A DNA stretch of 64,000 nucleotides from Nageia nagi (lineage: Eukaryota > Plantae > Pinophyta). Of this stretch, positions 1-12,149 are shown piece by piece. A model generated the notes under the pieces. That model ran no database searches, had not been told where the DNA came from, and saw nothing but the letters and a program-made list of their open reading frames with translations. Made by a program: the position numbers and the translations under genes. The stretch is taken from assembly GCA_050084985.1 (NCBI GenBank), contig JBITNC010000002.1, positions 38,688,001-38,752,000 of the forward strand, read 5' to 3'. Numbering within the stretch: position 1 is the stretch's first letter; the number at the start of each line of letters is the position of its first letter.

Positions 1-1524
1 AAATAAAAACTTATGACATCTCCCAAATTATCAACCAAAATCCTAATTATTGTTCTCAATGTGTTATCATCATAAGGATATTTTGGTACTAAAATTATCA
101 AGATCTCACTCAAATAATAAGTAACCAATATCCATAACTCTCTATCAATATATCTTAACCATATAGGTTTTCCCAATGACTTCACCACTATAATTTTAGT
201 TGCTTGTAACATCAAATAATGTTACTCATCCACCATGTGTAAACAAGCTTCTACTTCTTCCAAGGCGTAGAGAAGAGCATCTTTTAGTTGAAATGGAAAT
301 CCAAGTTTACTTCCAACATAAGTAAATCTTTCTACCAATTCTTTTCTTCCCAATGGTGCCATGATCACAACTGAATATTTAATCTTAAAAAATCCTCAAA
401 TATATCAAATCAACATTTAAAAAATTATCCATGTTGATCAACACATACCCTAGATAAAAATAATATATATCACACAAAATAGCTCCACATAAATCCTCCA
501 CACTCATATCTGATTATAGGCTAGTAGGAGACCATCTTTGATACCATTATAATATCTATAATCATAATTTTAATAATTTTATCCAAAAGAAATTAGATTT
601 TAAAATGTATAATTAAATCTATAATTTTATTTATAAATCAAATATAAAAACCCCAAAAATAACATGAATTCATCACATAATGCTCTTACAATTATTCTAA
701 AAGTAGTAATGAAAAGATCAATATTCATACAGCTTAAATCAACCATCACATGTGCAACAAAAAATGCCCAAAAATGGATGTCCCCTCTTGGATGGTATAA
801 TATTACTTGACATATGTAAAAATGATCTCTAGCTGAGAAAATATCATCAAATAAAATATATGAAAGTGGTGATACACTCTAGGGCATCCAATATACTCAA
901 AAATGTAACAAAATGTACCAAACCATATTCCAAGGGTTGGGTGGTCCCCTCAAGAAGGGTTTCTATGCCAAATAATATGAAATGGGGGTTCTAAAAGGTG
1001 GGAAAATGCCTCTCCAAGATACCAAAATCTAAAATATTAAAAGATGAAGTATCTAAAAAGCTCCAACATGAATACTAATTAAGGCTTGAAGTGCATCCCT
1101 AGACTTTAAAAGGGTGAGAAGGGCATAACCCTAACTCAAAAGATCAAAGATTAAAATTCTCTAAGCATGCCTTTAAGTGGTGTGATCATCTTACCTTTAT
1201 AGGTGACTTGAAATTAAAAACTTCATTATGAACATGGTAAATCCATATTTCCTTGAAAATACAAATTATAACTATGAACATGGTCGATCCATCTTGCCAA
1301 GAAATTACAACATATGACTATACATGGAGCATCCCATATTGGGATCACAGCTTACACATCTTTACATCAAAATGGCATGTGATAATGCCAAAAATATTAT
1401 AATGACTCCTAAATACTCCTAAGTGTTATAAAATCATAATGAAGAGGGATGCCCTACTCAAAGTGGCTCGATAAAATCATCACAATGGAAATATGATTGA
1501 GATGCTAGAAATGGGGATATTACA
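1..1524 (-). mobile_element. 5' LTR (~549-1524), PBS and start of gag of a decayed LTR retrotransposon
   Basis: Minus strand TGTAATATCCCC start at 1524, PBS TGGTATCAAAGA at 535-546, MAP... start at ~362. Confidence 0.62.
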
Positions 1525-2796
1525 TTGACCTAACGACCAATACCTTCATGTGGTGATCCTATCATTGTAAATTATAATGGATCTTGGTGACATCCTTTGA
1601 ATGACCACACTAGATGATATCTTACCTCAATAATAAAATTTCTTATTGAAGTGGTGATAGATAACTTTCATGATCATAAAATTTCATGGTCACCTACCAT
1701 GAAAATTATAATAACATGCTATTTATATCTATTTAAATAATGATGATTTATAGGAAGGGTTAGAATAGATCTAGCTAATCATCATGTAGTATCAAATTCA
1801 AGGTGATGCATGTAACCATGTGATAAAGCTAGAAGTGATACACATAAACTACCACCAAAATAAACCTTAACTTTAGATCTAATATATGTATATTATAAGA
1901 TTGATTTTTCACCCAAGTAGGGAATTACAATATTCTTTCCATAAATAGGTATGACCATTATAGCAACAAATTAGATTTTGTTACTCTATTTATAATAAGC
2001 AATAAGATAACAAATCCAATCTTTACCTCCATCCATTCAACAAATATCATGAATTCATAACAAATAAACCATTATTGATCAATCACCTATGTGTCTATAT
2101 AAGATAGAGATAGCAAAGTATCATGATCTAATATTCAATCCATAAAATTCATGCTAGGTGTTATTTCAACAAGTTTAGAGTATTTTACTTATATTTTTTC
2201 CATTATTTTTGTAATTTCCCCTTATTCTTAATCCAAATAATGTATTTTTATCCCCATGAAGTTAAGATTATTTTCTTATGTCATGAGAAGATGAAAATAT
2301 TTTAATATCCAAATTGGTTTTTTATTATGAGATTATTTCTAGGATCCTTATCATTCCATTACAAATGATTATAAATCATGTATTCTTGATTTGAATACAT
2401 TTAAGGTTTGGTTTGTTGTTACTTTTCTTGTATTGAGATCATTTACTTCAACTTGAAGGTAATTCCTGATTAATGATAAGTTTCTAAGTTGAGACTATTG
2501 CATTTTATGGTAATATAACCAATTGTTACTATTTTCCTTTACTCTCCTTCATTAACATATAATATTTTGTACTCCTTTCCTAATGAAAAAATATTTATCT
2601 TAGTATAACAGTTGGTATCATTTCATTATTATTTCAAGAGAGTTATAGTATAGTTTTTAATGGTTCTTCTTGCTTATTGAGGACCATAAATTATATAACA
2701 TTGAAGATATGATGATGTGATCTAAGGGATATCCTTGGATAGATATCTAAACCATTTCTCTATCCTAAACCAAGTGTGTTAACCCTATAATTTAAA

Positions 2797-3554
2797 GGGA
2801 AAATATCCAAAATACCCCTATAATTTTGAAAATATAAAAACTACCTATGCAACCTTTTTAAAAATGTAAAAACTTTATCAGCAAAAATTTCTCATCTTGC
2901 TTTCTCCTATGCTCAAGATACTGAAAAATATTGTAGGTTCCTCAAGAATAGTGAAAACACAAATGAAGCAAAACCTGATTTAGTCTTTCATGGTATCACT
3001 CATTTTCAATATCTTATATAGGAGAGGTTAAAAATGGTAAAACAATAAACATTTAGCTACAAGAACATCTCCAATAGAATGAACAATTTCAAAGCATTGA
3101 ACAACAATAGTAATGAATTTTCTAGTCTCTTAACTAGATGAATGACTACTTTGAAATAGAAAACATTGTTATTGATTATGTTCTCTCTACTAATTATGTT
3201 CATGCTCTTTCCAACAAAGTTCAATGTAATGTAGCTTCTCATAATGCTCCATGTGATGTTGCTACTGGTATTACTTCTAAATGATCATTCCATTACTCAT
3301 GTTATAGCTAGGTCAATTACTCAAAATCAACACATGGAGAATGTTGGTGTCAACAATTTAAAGAGGAGGGTCATTTTGATAATGGTGTTCCTCATAATAC
3401 ACTCAACCAAGATAGGATAAATCCATAATGGATAAACCACCTTTCAAATATTTTGACATTTTTGAAAAGGTTGTAGGGGTAGTTTTGATATTCATAATCA
3501 TAAGGGTATTTTTGATATTATTTTAAAATATAGGAATATTTTAGATATTTTTCC
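2797..3554. mobile_element. Non-autonomous Mutator-like element (MULE), 758 bp
   Basis: TIRs start GGGAAAATATCCAAAATACCCC and end ...TTTTAGATATTTTTCC (~75-100 bp, with internal subrepeats). Perfect 9-bp TSD TAATTTAAA at 2788-2796 and 3555-3563. Confidence 0.88.
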
Positions 3555-4974
3555 TAATTTAAATTATTTATCCCTAGAAACTTAGGTACATGATATGAAC
3601 CTATGATATAACATTAAGGGTGCAAACATTCACCACAACAAGTTATTATGCTTATTAACACTTAAGTATTTATAAATATTAGGACCACATGTTCAATTAC
3701 TATTGATAAAATGATTGTATACATTGATTAATGAGAATTAACTATTAAGATTATATCATATTATTATTTAATCCAATAAATATGGTTATATCACATGGAT
3801 ATGTACAACTTTCTATCTCTATTTAAAGGATACTTCTACTACTCATTCTAATATCTTATAATATTAAATAGATCATTTTGATTATTCTCATTATTATTAA
3901 GATATCTTTCACCACCTACCTGTGTATCCATTTTTTTGTTATTCTCTTCTTATGTGTATTTATTTTATATTTAGCTATTTTACCATCTCAATTGATAAGT
4001 TCAATAAGAACAAATCCTCGATGCCCCTGCATGGTGCAGACATAAAACTAGTTTATAAAAGGAAAATTGCTATCTCCAAAGAAAATACCTAGGGTAAAAT
4101 TCATTGTAAGGGGGAAATTTTATGAGATAGGGAAAATATCTAGAAAGGATTACCCTTCAATGAGTAAAAAAAATACAAGTGAATCATTATCTAAGCATGC
4201 TCTAAAGAATGATCATCCAGAAAGCAAAGGACTTAGGGTCTATCCTAGGAAATAGAAGTGTAAAATAAACAAATTCCACCAAGAGGAGACTAAAAAAGAG
4301 GATAAAGACCTAAAGTAGAGTGATTATTTAAATGAGGTGATGGAATTAGGCATCATTCTTAGGATAAGTACAAAATGGGGAGAGAAAGGTGGTAGGATTA
4401 GTCTCAATAGAAGAAGGGCCATGGAGATTGCAACTAAGTAGAAAAATAAAGTATTGTATAAGAATAAGGGTCTACAAAAGTTTCCAATTAAAGTGACCCT
4501 AATAGGGAAAGGAGAGTGTCATTCCCTAATTCTAAGAGCAAGCCCACAAACATGCCAAGGAGGAGTAGCAGACTTAAGAAACATTTAGTGCTACAATCTA
4601 AGAACTTGAGTGAAGAGGAGCTAATTGAAACAAATAAGAGTCAAATTCACCCCCTGTGGCACCCATGTCAGAGATAGTTAAGGAAAAAAAAAAGCTTAAT
4701 TAAGGAGAAAAGGACCTCAACATCCTTAGGTAAAAACCTGATGAATGTTGGGGAAAGGATATCCATAATCTATTCCTTAGAAAGTAGTGGTAATTCCTCC
4801 TCAAAGAACCCCCTAAGTCAATTGGGTTACAAATATCATAGCAACAAAATGGAATCTATTGGCTCTAGCATAAAAGCTCTCAAGCTAATGGAATTAAAAG
4901 ATTCCATAAACCAAGATCTCTTGTAGCTTCTCCAACAAATCTAACTAAGACCAAATCATTTACATAAATGAGAA

Positions 4975-5930
4975 CACACAATGTATAGTGGTTTCTCCAA
5001 CTCTTGAGAGTACATTGACTTTGAACTATCTCTTCTATTACTTCTCAAAAGATAACTCTCCTAAAAATTCTTAAAAAATCTTTTACAAATCTCCTACAAG
5101 AGCATTTCTATAACTCTACATCACTAGTATCTTCATGCTTCTATAAGTACCATGAGAGGGTGGATACCCCTCTATTTATAATATGAAACCCACTTTTTAA
5201 CCACCCTTTTAACCAAGAGTAAGGTTAAAGATATTTCCATATTTATTCCTTTAATGCTTTAAGGTATCTAAAGATACTTGAAGCATTAAGTGGATTTACA
5301 TTGTGGGTTTACATTAAAGAGAGATATTATATAATAATTAATTATAATTTCTAACATTGCTCCTTAATGAAATATTGGAGTAGAGAGTTGAAAAGAAAAA
5401 GAGAAAGAGAAAGAGAGTTCTCTTCTATAAGAATATAATCAAAGATGAAAACTTGTGAGAAGTATTAGAATATAAATTGTTCTACAATGATTCAATTATT
5501 TAACCATTTTAATATATGGTTTTATAATAAAATAATTAACCATAAATAGTTTCAATGTACAAGAGTATTCATTCAACAACATGTTGATAAAATAAGCCTC
5601 CATGAGCTTGCATACCCAAAGTAGCCAGCAATCTCAAGAAGAAACTTGCAAGATACAAGCTTATAAGTAAGATCAATTAGATGCATCATATACATTCATA
5701 TAAGATAAATTTTATTTATAAATTGATTAAATGGTGCATAAATATACCAAGTTATCACATATGCATAACATCAAAGATGACATACATCATCAACTAAATA
5801 TCACATGTGCATACTAAATAAAATGTATCATCATAACATGATATTAACAATAAACAATGTGCACAACATCATCAAATGCATAATCAACCAAATGATATAA
5901 AAGAATTCTCAAACAAGGATATAGAAATAT
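4975..5930 (-). mobile_element. Partial LTR + 3' UTR of the same copia family as 31140-33565
   Basis: Shared blocks, e.g. AATCTCAA(G)AAGAAAC.TGCAAG...AAGATCA.TTAGATGCATCATAT (~5630 vs ~31893), and a shared LTR hairpin. Confidence 0.75.
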
Positions 5931-7019
5931 CATCAAAAAATAATAATAATTTTTGTGTTTGTTTGTATTTATTTTTTTAGATCATTATTTTGTATTTGTC
6001 TTTTGGTATATGAGAGTGTTATCACATTATAATATTTTCATAATTTATTTCTCTTCCTTGATGATAACATCATCAATCAAATACTTATGTGACCATGTTA
6101 TCTTAATCACTATATGACCATGAATAAGATTTTATTTACTGACTATAAATATAGAAAGAATGGTGGAATTAGAGTGGTTTTGAAAGTAACCAATGATGAG
6201 GACCTTATATTTAATGTAATTATAGATGTGATGCAAAAGAATAGGTAGTTTTATGATATATTCTATATTCCTAGATTGGATTTCCATTTGATATATATGT
6301 ATTAGTTTAATTTAAATGGAGATAAAGTAGAGTTATTATGACTTGTGGAAGGAGACCAATGGAGAAGGATGAATTTAGGAAGGAAAGAGATGGGAAAAAA
6401 TGATTATGAATTAATTTTTAAATTTAAATTTGGCTACCTATTGAGTGGAAGTGACACCTTTAAGAAGAAATATTTTTGACAATAGATAGCTTATAGATTC
6501 TTGTGGCCCCAAATACATGTTTTCAAGTAGGGCTTAGTTGTCTAAGTAGAATTTCCTTCATGGTGTTCTAGAGTTTAGAGGAGGAGGAAGATATAGTTTC
6601 TTTAGTACTTAACATCATAATGGTAGTAAGGTGAAGGAGGAGGGCACAATGGATGATGAGATAGTTAACCAAAGAAGAAACTTGTCTTTTAGCCCTTGCA
6701 TGTCATGGGATCAGTACTTATAGTATGTTAGGTAGATGAGGAGGATGTATGGAATAGATCCAATAGTTTATATAGGATATTGGGTATGAAGTCCATGAAA
6801 AGGCATAAATTTAGATTTCTCTCATGAGGAGGTGAAATCATTTCCATGAGAGTGATGAAATTGAGGTATAAGGATAGTCTATTTTAACTAGTATTTCTAT
6901 GGTTACAAGTATAGCTTTCAAATAATATCCTAGTCCTTGAGTGGAATAATGGCCCCTAGGTGACAATGTAGCCCCTCCAAAATCATGTTGGATCCTAATT
7001 TGTTATTCTTAATGAAGGA

Positions 7020-7950
7020 GGTAAAGGGTGTAATGGAGGAAGGGGGGATTTTGGATATCTTGGACAAATTTGATGGTCATGATGTAGATTCATCTCATCA
7101 ATTCACCACTAGATGAAAGAGGGAAGCATGCAAAATTTTATGATAAAGTTTAAGGAATCAAGTGATCATAGAATAAGCATCAAGTCTCAAGACATTTAGT
7201 GAATTATTTTAAGGGAAAATCATAGTCTCAAGTTGGAATTTTTGAATTTTTATAAGGGGGAGATAGACTTGACAAGAGATAATCAGGGAGTAGCTCGAGC
7301 CTCATTATTAAGCCCTAGGAATAAGTTACATTGGTTATCATAAAATACATAACATTGGACCCATAAAATACCTAGATGAGAAGCTTCTAGTTAGACTTAT
7401 TAACTATTTGAGGGTGTTAAAGATGAATATCTTAGCTTTTCTTTATGCGAAATCACACAAAGTAGAAAAGGGCATGCAGAAGAAGAGGTGCACAAAGTTG
7501 GCCCATAAAGGCCTTATCAAAATGATATTTAAATATAAAATTAAATATATGGTTCTAAAGGATAAGTTCGATTTGAATGCACATATAAAGACTTTTTTGA
7601 AGTTTCTTTGGAGGTGAAGTAGAAGGTGGATCATAAGCCTATAGAAAAAGTGAAAATGGAGTATAAGGAGTGTCATCCTTTAGACTAGGCTCACTAGTAG
7701 AATACCCATAAGGATCATAAATGGTCAATTTATTTGGAAGATTATTACACTAAAGCTATGAAGAAGGATATGGTTCTTGATGAGGATAATACTAAATATA
7801 TGGATCATAAGGATGAATATGCTAGAGTGGGAGAAGAGGATAAAACTATAGGTGAAGATGAATAGGATATAGAACCCAAACCCAAGCAAGTTAAATCAAA
7901 AAATGGAGAAGATGACATGAAGCTCTCAAAAGAGGAGGAAGTAATATATA
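7020..7950 (+). pseudogene. Decayed retrotransposon accessory-ORF-like remnant
   Basis: GGILDILDKFDGHD, VIIKYITLD, MNILAFLY, AHKGLIKMI and an acidic tail. Resembles accessory ORFs of gymnosperm gypsy elements (recognised from memory, not by search). Confidence 0.4.
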
Positions 7951-9199
7951 AGTATAATATCCTTAAATATGCTCCCACTCCCCTTAGAGAATTCTCTCCA
8001 GACCTGTAATGTTCTTAATTTTTAAGGTTTCATTCATTTTTTGGTTTTTAGAAGATTTCATCTTATACAAACCAAAAATGGAAATTTCAACACTATAAAT
8101 GGAAAGAGAACCTCATGTTAATGAATTTGACAAGTTTCATTACCTATTCTAGTCAAGAAATGAGAAAATTATGGTACTTTGAAGTTCACCCACTAGGCTA
8201 GTCTACTCACATCATGCATGCATAGGGAAATCCAAAATTTTCTTTCCATTTTACTTATGGAAAGATCACATACTTTATTTAAGTATGTCTAATTATTACT
8301 TAGTTAATTTAGGAGTGTTTTATATTTAGTTATGAGCATTTCATTGTAATAAGCCCATTATTGTAAGTTCCATTTGGAGACTAGTTAATTGCTCCAATTA
8401 TGGGATGTTGGGCCTAGTTTAGCATGATATGAGTAATTTGATAATTAATGATTAATTGTAAATGTAATATTAGTATTTCTAAATGAGGCATTGCATATTA
8501 GCCTTGATTATTATAATATTTTTATTAAATATATCTCTAATTATTAGTGCTTTTTGCTTCAAGGTAGAGCATCCCCCTAGGTGATTGCACTAACTACAAG
8601 GTAATTTAGAGCTCCAAACATGGACATGGCACTTTGAACTAGGCATTAGCAATCTCAATGAAAGTGGACAACCCTAGATCATGAATGTTGGGCATGTGAG
8701 CATCCCAAGATTCCATATGTCCCTCCTAGGCATATGGACCTATGGAACTAATCATGAGATGCTCCAGCATCAACTCCTCTTATACAATGGCATTCCTAAT
8801 CCTTGGATATGATTTCATTAATTCCAAGGCTCCTCATCTTAGCCATTTCCTACATGAGAACATGAATCACATCTCTCCATCATTAGATCATCTCAATGAA
8901 AGATTAGAAGATAATCACCCTTAACTATAAAAGGAGAACTTATAGTCATTATGAGATATGTTGATTATGATTATTAAACCCCTTTTGTAGACTTAGTTGA
9001 AGCTCTTTCTTCACCACTTGTAGGGCAACCTACATTTGAGGTATTGATGTGAGAGGAGGCTAACCTCAACTTATTCAAGCCATATTGAGAGAAATATTTT
9101 TGGTTTCATGATCCATAATCCATAAGAATTAAATTTAAACTTCAATTCTCAAATTAGGATCATTCCACACTCAATTCAATTAAGTTCTTGTAAGGAGAT

Positions 9200-11880
9200 T
9201 AAGAGAGCATGTATAAATAGAACTCTAATCACATAAAATATAAGCAATTATATCTTGGTTCAACTAATGTGGGCTACTCCAACAATATTATTTATCTCTT
9301 CAAAGTGGGTGGAATTCTCTTACAAAAGAACCTCCATAATCCTCTAGCCTCTTCTCACATTCACACACAAACTTTAGCTCTAAAATTCACCTTCAAAACT
9401 GAACCAAAAGTATACTCTTATTAACACATCCAATTTTCTCCCTATTTATACAAATTTTAGAGTCAAATTTGGATGTGTTACAACTAAATAAATAATAAAC
9501 AAAAAATATCTTTGGATACCCATTTGGCTCCTTTGTCCTCTTCTGCAAAATGGACGCAAGAGGTTTCCAAAATCTTCCAAAATGAGCTTACCAAATAAAA
9601 TTAGCATAATAATAGGAGATAAAACTAATAAACACTAAGATATACTTTAGAAAAATCAAATCTCCACTTAAACAAGGCATATCCAACCATATTGTGCCAC
9701 TTGGCAACTTGCAATCTAGCATCCAAAATGCCCCCAAGCAATCTAGCCTTCAAATGCCCCCCATTTTATTAAAAAAATTGCATACTAAATTGAATTTTTG
9801 ATATAAAATAAGTGTTAAAAATATAATGATGAATAGAACACACTAAATATACTAAACATATCGATACTGAATACTATAAGGATCCAAATTTCAAATCATT
9901 CCTTCCCACTGAGAGAAACCTTTTGACCCCAAAAGCATTTAGCATGGTGGAATGAAGTGAGCGTAGAGCTCCCTCACTTGATCAATTACATACCACTTGG
10001 CCTTATGTGGATGTCATCCCTTAAATCTAATATGCCACACCTCATGGTCACTACTACGAAATGATCTCTTCTTCTTTTCCAATATTGCATCCTCAACTTG
10101 AACACTCATGTGCTCAAGGACTAAATCCTCCATAGATGGCAACATGTCACCTGTATCTTCTACAATCAAGGATGGTTCATGCAACTTAAAATTCTCCACA
10201 TTAATAATATAAAATATATATATATATATATATATAGATTCAGTTCTAACCAAAATTCTTTATCACCAACTTGATCAATGATCATACAAGGATCATACCT
10301 TTTTGGTTTCAACTTTTTCCCCTTACCATGTTGTCTTTCCTTGCTAAGATGAAGCCATTTTTGTTTCCCAACCTAAAATTTGTTTTCCACTCTATGATGA
10401 TAATATGCATGCTATATATAACTTAAATGTTCATCCCAAGTCTTAGGATGCTTACCACAATCACCTCGTAAAAGGTGTATCATTATCCTATTACTAGATT
10501 TGCTAACACTACATAACATACAACTTTTGATATACATGGATACATTTTCTTGCATTTTAGGCCAATAATAATACCTTTGAAAATTATCAAGAATTTTACC
10601 AACACCAAAATATTTGGAAATATGAGAAGTGTGAGCTTCTCAAATAAGATTATTTTTCTCACCTTTAGGAATACAAAACTTGCCCAAATGAAAAGTAATC
10701 CATCATGCATATGAAAATCAATATTTCTATTTTTCTTTGGAATTATAATAATAGGAGAACCACATGGTGATGTGCTTGGTCTAATGACTCCTTGATCTAG
10801 CATTTTCTTAATTTATTTGTTAATTTCTTCATTTTCCATAAAAGAATGTCTATACAAACCAATATTAGGAAGTGCAACCTAAGAATGTAATTGAATCTCA
10901 TGTTGTATATCTCTATTTGGTGGAAGTTCTTTAAGAATTTGAAATAAATCCTAATACTTAGAAATTACCTCTTTAACTTAATCTTTGTATTAGGGTTTTC
11001 ATTCATCAAATGCCTTAATGATTTCCACTTCATTTTGAAAACTTACCATTGCAAGTGCAAGCATTTTTCCTGTATTAACAAGTCTCTTTGCTTGTCCTAT
11101 AGTAATCAAAGAGATATTCTTTTTTGTGCCTTGATGTGAGTTAACAACATATTCAATTCCATACTTTATGAGTCTATATTTATACTCCTTTATATAAAAT
11201 AAAGCATATCTATCCCATAGATAATGACTTCCAAGCACAATCCCACAAATATCCAAAGGTACAACATCAAGTAAAACCTCATCAATGTAATCCCTGTTAA
11301 TACCAAATTTCAATTTGCATTGTTCAGTTACCTCTAACTTGGACTTTTTATGAACCCATCCCAATGGATAGGGGTGTGGATTTGGTTGAGTAGTGAGTGC
11401 AATTAATCTTACATATTCCTCAAAATTTAGGTTAGCTTGTGAATAAGGATCAAATAATGTATCAATCCTTATTTTCTTAACTTGTACCTTGATGTGAAAA
11501 AGTTCAATTTTATTCTTTTTCTCATCTTCATTAGTTGAACTACGCAAAATCATGCATGCCAATTTCTCATCTACATAAAAACCATATTCAATTTCTTTAG
11601 CAATAGTTTTTACTTATTTCTTTTTGGTCTTTAAATTTAGGGCATAATTCAAGGTGCAATTTCCAACATTTAGCCTCTAAATGACCCTCTTTTTTACAGT
11701 GAGTGCAAACATCTTTTGACTTCTCTTTTTGTGTATTAGATGTGGTATTCTCTTTTCCCTTATTCTTTTTAGAATTATTACGATTAGAAGCATTTTTCTT
11801 TTTCTCTTCATTAATAAATTTCCTTTGTGTGGTTTGTACAAAAACTTTATCCAAATCAGTTGGATCAAACATCAACAAAG
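9200..11880 (-). mobile_element. Decayed, internally deleted Ty3/gypsy chromovirus-like element with 3' LTR
   Basis: Gag CCHC CTHCKKEGHLEAKC, protease-like LFDPYSQ..PYPLGW, RT start GVIRPSTSPCGSP..PKK fused directly to an integrase-region fragment. Chromo-like C-terminus EDAILEKK..VWHIRFKG. PPT GGGAAGGAA followed by TGA at 9898. Left LTR limit is approximate. Confidence 0.85.
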
Positions 11881-12149
11881 TATGTAAAAAATATTGTTAT
11901 TTTGAGAGAAACATTTTACCAACACCTGATATACATGGATACATTTTCTTGTATTTTAGGACAATAATAATACCTTTGAAAATTAGCAAGAATTTTACCA
12001 ACACCAAAACTATCTCCTATAGGGTTATTTTGAGAGAAATGTTTTTGGTTTCATTATATTTGCTATAGAGGAAACCTAATTTTGCGTCACTACTTCTGGG
12101 ATTGGTGATGCCTTGGAGCCATCCAAAATAACCCTATAGGAGATAGTTC

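Noticed and set aside
4060-4975. Possible LINE reverse-transcriptase remnant on the minus strand (VLIYVNDLVL); similar hints at 33900-35600
   Set aside because: Motifs are too degraded to call without a profile search.
8005-9110. Possible solo LTR starting TGTAATGTTC; another LTR-like stretch at 63380-64000
   Set aside because: Ends and TSD could not be fixed with confidence.
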